Positions 51,750 through 64,000 of a DNA stretch of 64,000 nt are shown in pieces (position 1 is the first letter of the stretch; each line of letters opens with the position of its first letter). Location: contig CM060734.1 of NCBI GenBank assembly GCA_030704615.1, positions 59,210,001 through 59,274,000 on the forward strand, read 5' to 3'. The translations under genes and the position numbers were made by a program. The stretch comes from Takakia lepidozioides. Its lineage: Eukaryota > Plantae > Bryophyta. The notes beneath the pieces are model-generated. The model was given only the letters and a program-made list of their open reading frames with translations, did not search any database and was not told where the DNA came from.

Positions 51750-54700
51750 GCTGATTCCCCGCTCTCCTAGACCACTACTGTGTAATTAGGACAATCTTCG
51801 CTCGCAATTGACATGCTGTGCGATACGCCTGGAGCACCTGTACATTACAAAATAGATGGAAACATTTCTTCAAACACGCCTTTTCTACGAGTACACGCAG
51901 CTACAACTTTGAAGTCACAGTGGCTTCCCGATGCCATACATCACCTCTTGCTCGGAACTGTCTGTTGTTGATTTTCAGATATACATTGTCTGCATTTAAG
52001 ATGAGCCTGTATGGTTGAAGCTAATGCTGGAAGTGGAGAGCAACATGTTGTATAGCATGATCAGTGTGCTCAAGAATGCATTCAGGATTGGTGGCAGCCA
52101 TTGGTACACATCCTTGGCGCAGAACGTCACAATGTCTGATCTATTTACATGAAAGAGATGCTATTGCAACCAGCCTCACAGGCATCTCCACGTTAATTTG
52201 GTCAAGTGAGGACAAGGAGCCTTCCCCTTCGGACAATGGATGGAGTCACAAACCAAACACAGCAATAATAATTACTTTTGGTCATGCTACAATGACGTCC
52301 GAAATCGGCTGAATGTCACACTAGAGGCTGTTGAGAACGTTTTTAGTGCACCGCTCTAATCCTACACTCCTCCTTCCACCTTGAGGCAGATAATAACGCA
52401 TGCAGGCATACACATTTTCTCGAAAGTCCAACGCGAGGATTATCTGTTAAAGCGATATCCAGGTTACTTTCCTTTATTTCTGACCAGGTGCTTGCAGTTA
52501 GTTTTGCACTCTTATACTTACCAAAAAGAAGTTGTGCTTGAGCTGCGATGTCCAAACCAAAGTACTATTCTCACAAGTTGTGTCGCGAAAAAAAAACTGG
52601 AAAAGTTCGTTCGAACTCAATCCCGAGGTAGATGGACAATTGATACAACACATAGATCAAACATGCAGAGAGTATGCAAGTGCAAGTGACTACAAAATGT
52701 ACTGTCAAGTAGTACCTGTCAGCAACGTGATGGATTATGATGTTGTCAGCGACAAGTTAGAAACTCGACACCCTTACGTGTTTCCTGCTGCTACCGCTTC
52801 GCTCAAGTCCTCGCCTCCGCTGTTCTATGAACAACTATCTTGATTCCCAAACTTTGAACCACAGAGGGGAGTCTCATCAGCTCACACACTAGACCTACGG
52901 TTTTCCTGGACGTGCATGTCAACCAACCAGTCAATCGATAGCTCCACAAAATCAGTTCTAAACATTGAGCTCCGACCTACACCACGATGCACGGAGCGTG
53001 ACAACAACGATAGCACCGGGCTGCGAGTGTGGGAGAAATGCGGTGCAGGGCAAACAACCTCTCTCAAGTGCAAAAGAAATATCACGGGGCGATGACGACA
53101 CGATGAAACCTCAGGTGTACTCCGGATTTAGCTCCAGAAAACAGGTGATGCATGCGGTGAATGATAACAACAACCGTGCCACCAGACTGCTCCAACAATC
53201 CAAATCGAAATCAAAATGAATTGCAGGACAAGCGACTCCACGCTCTCTTGAATCTGGTAAAGCACAATCATGAGGCCATTATAGTGCGGCCATGATGATG
53301 CCTCCTGGCTTGTGTGGTGCAGTGAGTGCACCATGTCCATGGACTTACCTGCTCACCAACGACCCTACTCTTCCCGCACCTCCCCCTCCTACCACCGAGG
53401 ATTCCCCTTCCGTCCCTTTTACTTTATCTTCTCCCAACAACCTCATCTCTTCCGCTCCATAACCCGCCTTTAACCTTTAACCCGCACTGGGAAAAAGTCG
53501 TTTCGGACTGCACTAGTCAACGGTCTTCGGTTCCATGTAAGTAGGTGATTTCAATTGCGCACATGTTTGACGTAGCTTATGCCACATGGCGCACCGGGAC
53601 CAGCAGGGACCTGGGGCGTGGGTGCGGGACCACATGGCCCACCCACCACTTGGCGGGGTGCTGGCCAATGGGCGACGTTGCACGCCACCCTGATGTGATC
53701 CCTCCCCCCGCCCTCTTAGGGTTAGGGTAGTCGTCTGAGTTTGAAATTTAACCTCTTAATCTGACCCCCCACTGACGAGAAAGGGATGGTTTGAACTGTT
53801 CCCTCATTTGTCAGCGTGCGCGCATGAAGATTTGAACACCGGACAGGTAATCGTACATGCGTGGGTGTAGGTAGGTGGCCCGCTTACTAGCCACGGCTAT
53901 AGGCCTAGCACGGCCTACAACCGTGGGTGGTAGGGACACCATATCAAATCGTGCCGTCGTACCGTGCCCCTTTGTTCTCGCAACTGATGGAGCACGACGA
54001 TGGTGATGATCACGCTCCTTGTGGAGCCTCTCTACAGCGCCTCACACAATGTGGTATCCAGTATCTACTTCAGGATAACCTACTCGCTGCAGATGCTTCA
54101 TCTTGCAAAAATTGGCTAGTCAGGTAACAAAAATACCGAACTACACAAAGCTTTCAGCTCTACAAAATTTTATGTTCTCCAGATTTCCTCTTGGCCACTC
54201 GCATACTGAAGATTATCCTCGGTCTAATTTGTTATGAGCGAATTCACTAGGCGGTTGCTGTACCATGAGGAAACCTTCTTAGTTTCAGATCTTGAGAGTC
54301 CATGAGCTACTTTCAGTTGACTCGCCTTCAGCTGCCCGTGGAATTTCATTAACTATACAAGCCTTCAGATTGCTGCTCTGAACTACATTGCATAATTATA
54401 TGAAAATTAGTTTCCAAAAAACGTGATTACAATAGTTGGCATCATTCTGAAAGTGAGGCCTTCATAGTAAACACAACAAGGCGTGACACAACACAACATG
54501 ACATTTGCAGGGTAACTTGAGTTTTCATGAATGTCCAAACCACTCTTGGGAAATGGTTTTCCAATCCATTGCAAAGATTACACTTGGAACTATTTCCAGC
54601 AACTTGGGCCTTCTAAAGGGTCAATTCTTGACTCCTCATGTCACAGGCTAGCAGCTAAGCATATTTAGTTCCAGGAAGAAAAAAGTGTGCTAGACAATGG

Positions 54701-54751
54701 GAAAGATTGAGAGGGCAGCTTAGTTCAATTGCACTTTAAAATAAAACTTGC

Positions 54752-57700
54752 TCAGATATGTAGTGCAGCAGCTATGGAGCCAGCCAGGCTGAGGACCTCA
54801 AAGGGTGGCCTTCCCATAACATCTTTCACAGTGGTTGCACATGAATCTGTGATCCAAAAGTGAGCGAATCCATGCTCTGGACCCTCTGCGTTCAAATTTA
54901 CAATACAGGACACAATCAGTTTTGTGCCAGCTGATCCAGCTTTCCAACATCTGTGGTGAGCTGCCTTCCAAATACTTCACTGAAAAAAACTAGTGCGAAG
55001 CAGTTGGTCAGCATAATACAAGTCACCTGGTAACCTCTCAACAACAACCATACAGGACAAATGACGGAATGAGAACACAGGTATATGATCCTCACCTCCA
55101 TTGTCATGACCAAATCGCTCCCATGACCTTTTCGGGAACACCCCATGTGTTACATACGCACTCACTTTGGATGCCCCCATCGCACCTATGAGCTTCTGAA
55201 AGCTCCAAAGCAATGTCTAAGTGTGCAAGATAGGAGAACTCATGGCAACACTACATGGCCATGAGAATCATGAGGTAGAGGTCAGTCTGGACAAGCAGGA
55301 TTCCAATGTTTGCATCATACACCCATCATACACAGGCCACTCTAGGATCCATCAACATGTTCAAAATTCCGAACCTTGGTTTGCACTGCCTAGGGCCCAA
55401 CCGCAACAGTAACACCCACCCCCAATCGAATGCCCACAACCCTTTCCATTTCATTAACCTGTTTAGATTTCCCTAAAAAGATTTCCCTTTACTGAGCACT
55501 CAGTTAAGTTGATCCTAAACAACTGCCCAAAGAGAACCATCTTCGAAGTCGTGAACCACCAATGACCACAATTCACATCGATAATCTTGAAGTGGTGTAC
55601 ACAGTGAGTGATATGGGTGCAAGAGGTTTGTATGGAAAGAGAATGAGGTGCAGACCTGACATTCAATAAGAGTGCTTCCAGACTGCACTAAGTCATCTAC
55701 AATGACAACATGGCGGCCTTTCGGGTCTCCCTCCTTTAGTCTCACAATTCGGTCGTTGCCATCCCTCACCTTTGTGCAGATTATCTGCACCCACCAAATT
55801 CCCCGTCAACTAGTCTTGCTCTTTACATTTGTAGGCTTCAGCATCCTAGAAAACTGGGAAGGAAAATAATTAACGCGGGATCCTAGAGACATTGCTAGAT
55901 TATCTGCACCCACCAAATTCCCCGTCAACTAGTCTTGCTCTTTACATTTGTAGGCTTCAGCATCCTAGAAAACTGGGAAGGAAAATAATTAACGCAGGAT
56001 CCTAGAGACATTGCTAGACTGAAATTGACAGAGAATACCGAGTGGACATACTGTGGGAAAGTGCTGAAGCTGCTTGTGGAAACGCTTCCACGCTCCCTCG
56101 TCAGGAAAAGCAATGCTCACCTGCAACCCAATTTATCCACCCCAACTTTTCAGTGCTAACCAAGATTCACTTCATACATTCCATTCTGCTTCCCATATCA
56201 CAGAAACATACAGAAAGACACAGAGCTCTTACAGAAACATTTATATTGTTGGATACATACACAGATAGATCATTCAAGAAAAGACATACTAAATGTTTCT
56301 TGATTATCTCGTACCTAGTGATCACCCTGGGCCCAGTTTACTCTGGTTTTCTGGGTTTTCTCATGATAACAGTACTCCCATAATGGTGACAGTCCTTTTA
56401 AGTGGTTTTTAAAGAGGACACTTGTTCTAGCATGTACATGACAATAATTAGAATATATCCTCACCATTATGTGCGTAGATTGGAATTCAATAATTTGAAT
56501 TGACCTAACTAGATCAGCTTACTTAGAACTTCAGCCTAGTGCCCAATTGTGCCAGGCTTAAAGTAGTTCACCATTGGATGGAATTTCCACTGGTCTCACT
56601 CAAGAAAACCAAAACCACCAACATTGATGGCCTGACATGTGCAGGTACCATGCAAGTTTCAGAAATATGTAACTGTAACTCAAGGCCAAACCAAATGGTT
56701 CAATTTGAAGCCTGCAAGAAAAATCAAAGTCAAGTATATAGGTACTCACGTTGTTCGCATCAGGAAGCTGATGTAGGCGATGCTTAAGCAATGGAATACC
56801 ACTCTCAAAGCATGGTAACACGTTGTCCCCGAAGTAGAACCTTTCCTGAAAGCATCAAACACTCAGCTGCAGAGGATCAGTCCTTTCACACATGCACATA
56901 CACCGACATATAGTGATGACAGCCTAGACAGAGTCCATCCAAGGTGCATGTTAGCCAATGGTGTGAGAACCACACCACTTGCAAAGTTCTGCAAGATTTG
57001 AGAAGTAGGCACATGGAGCTTTAGAGACCTCAGTAGTGTTCAATACTGGTTGTATTTGGGGGCAGAAAAATGTAAAATGTATATTCAAACTTCCAAGTTG
57101 ACATAGCTTTGCACAAAAAAATTGTAATAAGTGGATGTGGACATATCTATCAGTAAAACCCCAGGAGATATTGGGAAGCCAGCTTACCTGGAGAGCATGA
57201 ATGTCAAATATCACCAGGCTTGTTGGACCACCCCTTGATATGGGAATATTTGACAGTATCCTTGCTAATGTGAAGGCTGTCGCAATGTCACCTTCATCAT
57301 CCATGCGCTCCAAAGTTCCCGTAGGAAAAAAGGGCAGCACCAGTGTGAATGATGAGACAAACATGCGTGGCAAAGCATAGATGATTGAAAGCTGCTCAAA
57401 AATGACTCCTGGAGAGCTGAAGGACGCCAAGAATGCCACATGCTGACTCCGAATCCCATGAGCATTTGGCACAAACAGATTTGGGAACCCATCTGCAAAT
57501 GTACTGCACCCAGTAGCACCAGCCCACATATTTAAAGACTGCTACTTCTTCAACCTTTCAGGAACACAACTTCAGAAGTGCAACTTGGGCTGCAGTCAAG
57601 AGAGTGGGAAGGCTGCAGGGAATGGCGAAACGCTTCAGAGATATTGGCTACTGCAATGGCTAGGTCTGGAATCATAGTGTGGAAATTCAAAAGCTCCCTC

Positions 57701-58646
57701 TATTAACAAAAACACTTAAAACCCTAAACCCCATTAATATATCAAAGGCTAAAACCTCTCCCACAAGACTTGGGACAGGTATGGTCCAAAGATGTCCGCA
57801 AAAAATATTACCACCTTGTGAAGAGAGGAACGAACGGATTGGAGGGCATACCCCCATGTGATGGATTTCAGCTCAATTGAGTCAGTCTCCGCAGCAATGC
57901 GACGTGCTAAGTCCTCTGTTTCACTGCAATAGAAGAGACAGACCTGCAAAATATTTACGTTGCTTGATTTTTGGCATGCAACCTCTGAACCCTATCTCAT
58001 TAATACTGTCCAAACTGGGGTGCATGAATGTGCTTAGAGCTAACACTAGTACAGTAACCACCTCCACGCAAGAACAAGGAATACACTTTCAACCAACGTC
58101 CTCCGCCCCTCCTTGCTTCTAAACACAAGCAGGAAAATCATCCGCGGCTACTGCGTGGAATCCAGCCACCTCACATACCTGCGACTACGAAAATCAACCA
58201 CCTATGATGCAACCCACCTGCTTCTTGTTAGGCCTGTCCAGAAGACGGCAGGCACCGCCATCCCCCATTTCTGAAGCCGATGCAGCAAGCGCACCAGCCG
58301 TCGGGAGTGTAGCAATGCAAGCGTACACATCACTAGTCTGTCCGTTAACCGGTTGCACAGAATCACCCGCTTCCACGGCGGTCACCTCCCCCATTGTGTC
58401 CCGATACTCTTCAACCGTTGGCGAAAAGATTCTAGTAGGCTCTAGCCTTCTTTCCCACCGCGTGACCACCCCACCCTTGCAGAAATCGCCTGACTGAGAA
58501 CTGAAGCTAGACAATGCAGGCAGATTGCAAGCTTGTGTACTCCGCTGCTTGCAACTCCAACATATGGAGCTATTGCGCAGCGCAGGTGATGAAACGTGCA
58601 CTGGGCTCAGAGAGGAGAGACCAAAGGGAGATGGCGGGGAGGCCAT
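54752..58646 (-). CDS. PRS: Class II ribose-phosphate pyrophosphokinase (PRS3/PRS4-like) with N-terminal transit peptide, 8 exons
   Basis: Exons 58646-58218, 57943-57852, 57503-57188, 56845-56750, 56120-56052, 55784-55656, 55195-55096 and 54885-54752. Motifs [58 protein letters not shown]. Confidence 0.93.
55778..56015. repeat. 119-bp tandem duplication at a PRS intron/exon junction
   Basis: 55778-55896 and 55897-56015 differ at one base (acgcgggat vs acgcaggat); AGA microhomology at the junctions. Confidence 0.97.
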
Positions 58647-59621
58647 GCGCTCGCATCGTTGCTCTTACCGAACTCCCTGCGCCGCGTCTGTGTGCACGCA
58701 CGCCACCCTCCAAAACGGTGGCATCTACACACTTCGCGCCTCGTCTTGCCACCTTATTCACTACTAAAAGGGCTTACCCTAATCTCTCGACAATTAGACA
58801 GGATGAAATGCAGGCGTTTGTCATCCATTAGGGCATTAGAGAACCTGCCGTTTCCATCCACTTGCACATTGAACTTCACGTGGAATGTTCCAGGAATCCG
58901 GATATTATATTCTGATCAGCTGCACATGGTACCCGACGCCACCTACCCACGACGTTTATGCAAAGTAGGGCGACAGTTACGGAATAGAATTGTTATATGA
59001 TCATTCCAAACGTACAATCTGCGCCCCCCCCACACACACACTCATGTCATTCATTCATTGCCATTATTCAGACAAGATTCTGACTCCCATAATTTTCATC
59101 CAGTCAATCGTCCACAGTTTTTAGCCACAAACCCGTACTTCATCCGGGTTATCCACCAGGCCATAGTTTTTCTTTACCGACACAAGTTACGAAGTATAAT
59201 ATAAGAGCAATGGGGAAATTCCGGTGGAGAAAGTCACTGTATTTGTTGAGCAGTGCTTCACAGAGCGGAATACCATTGAATGAATTGACGGCACCGACGC
59301 GGCGGCAGTGCAATGATGTGGGCATGCCAGACTCTTTTGGGTTCGCGTGCTGTGGCCCACACCCTCCACACATTTTTTCACATTTTTTTTTCCCCGGTCC
59401 CAGTCCGACGACTGTGGGTATTGCAATGGTGCGATCCCTACACAGGGTTGGAGAACAGAGAAGAACATCTCATTTCCCGTGGAGGAAATGCGTGTAACCG
59501 AATGAATGAAAAAAACATTTCTGGACCCGACTCCCAAGTGATTACTTACATTTTGGCAGTAGGTAGATGCGACTACCACAAAGGGAGTCAGAGTAAATCT
59601 TAGTTTTGGAGTGGTCCCGTC

Positions 59622-62600
59622 CAGCGTTGGACTGGTATATAGGTGAAGGACTGGTATATAATAATGGTATATGTACTGGTATTAGATACCAGACCAGTCT
59701 GGTATCATTTGGGAGAATACTTGGTCATATACCAGACCAGGCTGGTATCAGTTCTTTCATACCAGCCACAATACCAGTACTCCCCCACCGTCTTCCTCAT
59801 TTACTCTGGTATGTATACTAAATTAATTTATGTGTATATATGCCTATATATTTGTACTTAAGTATATTTACTTCTTTATGTATACCAATGTTGGTCTGGT
59901 ATGTACAAAAATACGGGTATCAACCCGGGTATGGAAGCCCCTACTCCCCCCACTCCAGCTCGAATATCTTCGTGACACGCTCTATGACTAGCCGGTTCCA
60001 GATAGAAAGGAAACGCATAGAGTAACCTACCTGTAGGGTATGATTAGGATTTCGGGGAGGCCGATACCCTAGCCGACTGGTCTCGGCTCACCTTTGTTGA
60101 TGTTGTTACTTGTTTTTTTTCGCTGGAACTCGGTTGGTGGTATCGCCGTTCAGGTATCAATGCGCGTAGCCTAGAGATGGCAGCAGATTTTGTGAGATTC
60201 TTGCTTTGGTTTTGGCTACGGAAGGGATCGCAATGAAGGTGGTTTGTTGGCTTTCAATGCAGCATCAAGCAAGGAGACCGATTTAGGTATTGCTTTGAGC
60301 CTCTTGCCCATTTGTTGCTCGTTACATGCGGTTGAGTGTTGAATGCTTGTTTTATGGGATTCACATCAACTTTGTGACAAGGTTAGCTGGGGGAGATGGA
60401 TTTCTTCAATGCGTTAGAGATCAGAGAGACTAAAACATTGTTGCTATCTACTGGGGAGGATGTAGAGGACTTGGAGACAGGCGTGACAAGCAAGGAGGTC
60501 CTGCAAGTTGGTGATCAGGCGGAAGAGGACCGAATTGCCGAGGAGGAGGCTATGTGGTGCCAGCGCTTGCAAGTTTTGGTCGCCAATCAGGGATTTTGGC
60601 TCCCATATCATAGAGGTTCTGAGTGTTGGGCGTTTTTTGTCCTGAACGATGCAAGTGCTGAGATGAATGAGACACAATTGATGAGGTGCATTATGTGTCA
60701 TTCAGTGGAGAATGCTCACAGCTCTAGTAACTCAACCAGAACCAGAAAAGACTTTGTAAACTACAATCCAGATCATGGTATAACTGCAATGAAGAAACAT
60801 GTCTCTAATGAGCATGGATCTGATCTTGCAAAATACAAAGTCCATAGGCTAGCTGTTGGAGATCAAGGTAGCAATAAACGTCATAAAACCAAAAAACGAC
60901 AGTTTGTGCCTCCGAGTGCTATCACTTCGTTCTTTGGCAGATGTAGGCCATACAGGAAAGATAATCCTGCCCAGCTGAGGTTCATTGAAGATCTGGTGCT
61001 TCTGGTCTGTAAAGGGTACATGCCCCTGTCAGTTGTTGAGAATCCCTGGCTCCGCAGACTAATCATGAGACAGTGTGGTCAGGTTGTATTCCCTAGCAGA
61101 AAACAACTTGTGAAAGACCATCTACCTGCTTTGTTCAAGAAAACGATGGACACATATGTTTTACCTGCCATAGCCTCTGCATCCACCGTGTCTTGCTCCT
61201 TTGACTTGTGGATGTCAAGATCATGGCATGATACCTTTGCACTTGTGGTAAACTTTATCAACGAGGTTTGGTGTCCATGCCATATTACAGTTGGTATTTT
61301 TGAAGCTCCAGATACATCTGGACTTGCTCTTGCAGCCCAAATCAATTCAAGCTATCAGACAAGGTGATAGCTTATGTAAAGGATGAAGGGGCTAACCTTG
61401 CGACTTTGCAATCTGCCCTAACTTCAGTGGTGAAATGTGATCCTTTGAAGTTGTCAGAGCCCTATCCAGGGTCTTGCTTTGGGCATGCCATGTCTAAGGC
61501 ATGCCAATACGCAACAAATGAGGAGAAGGTCAGTGGTGGTATGATTGAGGTGAGCTTGAAAGAGGCTCAGGCAGCCTTGCAAAAAACCATCACTTGGACG
61601 AAGAAAAGTGGTAAGGGCAAGTTGGAGTGGGAGAAGGCCTGTGTGGATGCAGGCTTGCCCAAGAGAAAACTCAGGACCCTTGTCAAGACAAGATTTGCAT
61701 CGAAAGTCATTATGTTTCAGGAGACGTTGGCGTATGCTAATGCCATCAATATTTGCTACACACGGCAATCTGCTGCCTTGCAAACCAAGGTTCCCAGTGG
61801 GCGGACATGGGCCATAGCCAGAGCCGTGGATGACACTTTGACACCTGTAGTGCACCAATGCATTCTAAACCAACGAAGGGGTTACTGGCTGCTCTCAGAT
61901 GCCCTCTTAGCTGGCTTGGCTATCATGATGGAGATGAGGAAGATTGTGGAAGTAAGGGCAGCTCATATGCCACGCTTACAATATGGATCTTTTGATGCGG
62001 AGATAGAGTTGTTTTATGCTTGCATGGCCCTCCAAGTCATAGAGGTTCTTCGCCCATTTCTTTCATTTGCTGAATAGTTCATTGAGAACAAGGCACATAA
62101 CATGCTAGCCTTAATGTTGGACCCACGGTTCAAAGGCTTATAGTGCATTGTTGATTACATTGGTAGGATGTCAACTGAACGTCTGGTGCAAGAATATGAT
62201 TCAATTGTATTGCTGCCACTATTGACCACTGTGATTGAGCACTTGAACCCTAAAGGTGGCACAGCTCTGCATCCACCCATGGATTGTTTGGTAGGGCTGC
62301 CTCCACTGAGGAGGCCAGTGAGTGCTTATTGAAGGCTGAGCTTTCTTTATTCCGATGCTTTCCCGTTGACAATGAGGAGAAACTGGATCCAATGAAATGG
62401 TGGTTTGAGCATGAGACAAGGTTCCCTAATGTTGGGTGGTTGGCTCGTCAAATTCTTGGAATACCTGGTTCTCAGATTGAGATGGAGAGAATTTTCTCCG
62501 TGGCAGGTGTGTTGACTGCTTTTAGACGATGTCGTCTGGGGGTGGATAATCTGGACAAATTGGTAATGGTTTACAAAAATTGGCCCAGTGTTGATTGTAA

Positions 62601-63959
62601 GCTAGTCGAAGCAGGAAAGTTCAAGGACTTCTTGGAGGATGAGGACATACTAGTTGACGAGAACGAGGAGCTGATTGAGGAGGCAGGGCTGTTTGAGAAC
62701 GACGAGTAGGGGTAGGCTTGTGAACTTTGAAAAAAAATAAAAAATTCTGCATTTTGGCTGAGTCTCCAGCTTTAAATGTATGTGGTTTTAATCTAGGATA
62801 GCTTTCTTGCAGGTGTTGGAGTGGTTGCTGACATGGAGTTGTTGCAGTGCTGGAGTTTGGGCTGCATCAACAGATTTGATAAGTATTTTTAAACTGCTGA
62901 TTGTTTATGTTTGATATTGACCAATGCTTATACTCCGCATCCACTTGACCTTCGAGGTCTAACTTGGGTGTTTTTGTTCTTCACAGGTGCGGAGTTTCAA
63001 GACATGGCACACCACCATCTATCATTTGAGGTGGAGATCAGCTACTGTACTTAGGCATTGCAAGAGTAGCCAACCAACGTACCAGTCACCTGCAAATTAG
63101 CCAGTGTTTGAGTGACCACAAATTTGCTTTTATTTTGGGATCCTCGGTTCCATTGCAATGTTGATTTTTTAGCCCTGTCATCTGGTTCTTAACTTTGCTC
63201 ATGCTGGTATTGGCGAGGACAAGAAATTGACAGCAAACCAAAGAGATTCTGGCATATAGTAGAGTAGATCATTTGATAAGCTTCACATATGCATAACTCA
63301 ACAGGAGAAATTTCATAAGCTCATGGCAGTTCCTAATTTCAATTGTTGTTTCTATTTGTATTAGTGCTCTGTCGCATTCAACATTAGTCTTTGTGGCTTG
63401 AAAGAAAAACAGTGGCAGTGAAATTAGTTATAAATGCAAGGCCAAAAATTTCCATATGTATGCTACAATATTCAGTGTGTGTTTCTCTCTAAAATGCAAA
63501 TTTTTGATATTTTACCCGAAGTTGATATCAACAGGTATCAAGGTTTTCATACCCTTGTTGATACCAGGTCGGCAAAAGTGAAATGCTACCATTATTGATA
63601 CCCTACAAGTAACAAAATCCGGGTTTATTATTATTATTGCATACCTGTGTTTGGGACATCTCTAAATTCTTATACTACCAGGACCCTCCTAGTATCTCCA
63701 AAACGCGATACCAAACCAACACTGATGTATACTCTACTTGTTTTCACTTGATATCTGCCATTTGATAAATCTATAACTCAAGATGGCTTTGGAATGATAC
63801 CAGAGTTGATATCTCAGACCAGCTGGTATTGGGGTCATGATACTCATATTCATACCAGTATCTGGAAATAAAATACATCCACCATTATATAGACCATACT
63901 GGTATGAAAGTTTTGTGATACGTCTGGTATGTAAAAAACTTGATACCAGTCCAACACTG
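59622..63959 (+). mobile_element. Complete hAT-superfamily DNA transposon (4338 bp)
   Basis: 17-bp TIRs cagcgttggactggtat (59622-59638) and ataccagtccaacactg (63943-63959), one mismatch. Perfect 8-bp TSD GTCCCGTC at 59614-59621 and 63960-63967. Subterminal tggtat/atacca arrays. Confidence 0.97.
60396..62709 (+). pseudogene. hAT transposase, disrupted (BED zinc finger, DDE core, hATC dimerisation domain)
   Basis: W..F...CIMC...KKHVSNEH; SFDLW; VKDEGAN; CFGH; KTRF; WW...RFPNVGWLARQILGIPGSQIEMERIFS. Frameshifts at ~61350 and ~62280; TAG at 62075 and ~62140. Confidence 0.93.
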
Positions 63960-64000
63960 GTCCCGTCTCGAAATTGTTACAACATTGGGTGTAACAAAAC

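Overview
Eukaryotic nuclear DNA from a seed-free land plant. Bryophyte grade, possibly a hornwort, is inferred from the short GT-AG introns, the DYW-PPR style and the ELIP and AMS genes; the species cannot be determined. Left to right: (1) a decayed minus-strand gene joining a putative organellar presequence, three OSB-type PDF ssDNA-binding motifs (each split by a phase-0 intron at the same point), about 23 PLS-class PPR motifs, E1/E2 and a DYW deaminase; (2) an ELIP gene with ABRE/G-box motifs upstream; (3) a ~130-bp tandem repeat interrupted by a full-length 8.35-kb L1-clade LINE with a target-site duplication; (4) TE debris (LINE endonuclease, hAT ends, a Ty3-like fragment, an orphan PPR fragment); (5) a SWAP/SURP splicing-factor gene; (6) a long coiled-coil gene built from tandemly duplicated exons; (7) an AMS-like bHLH gene with a GC-AG intron; (8) a class II PRPP synthase gene with a 119-bp duplication that creates a decoy splice acceptor; (9) a complete 4.3-kb hAT transposon with TIRs and an 8-bp TSD. 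The best candidate for a new system is the PDF-motif + PPR-DYW fusion. All exon models were read by eye and need RNA-seq confirmation.
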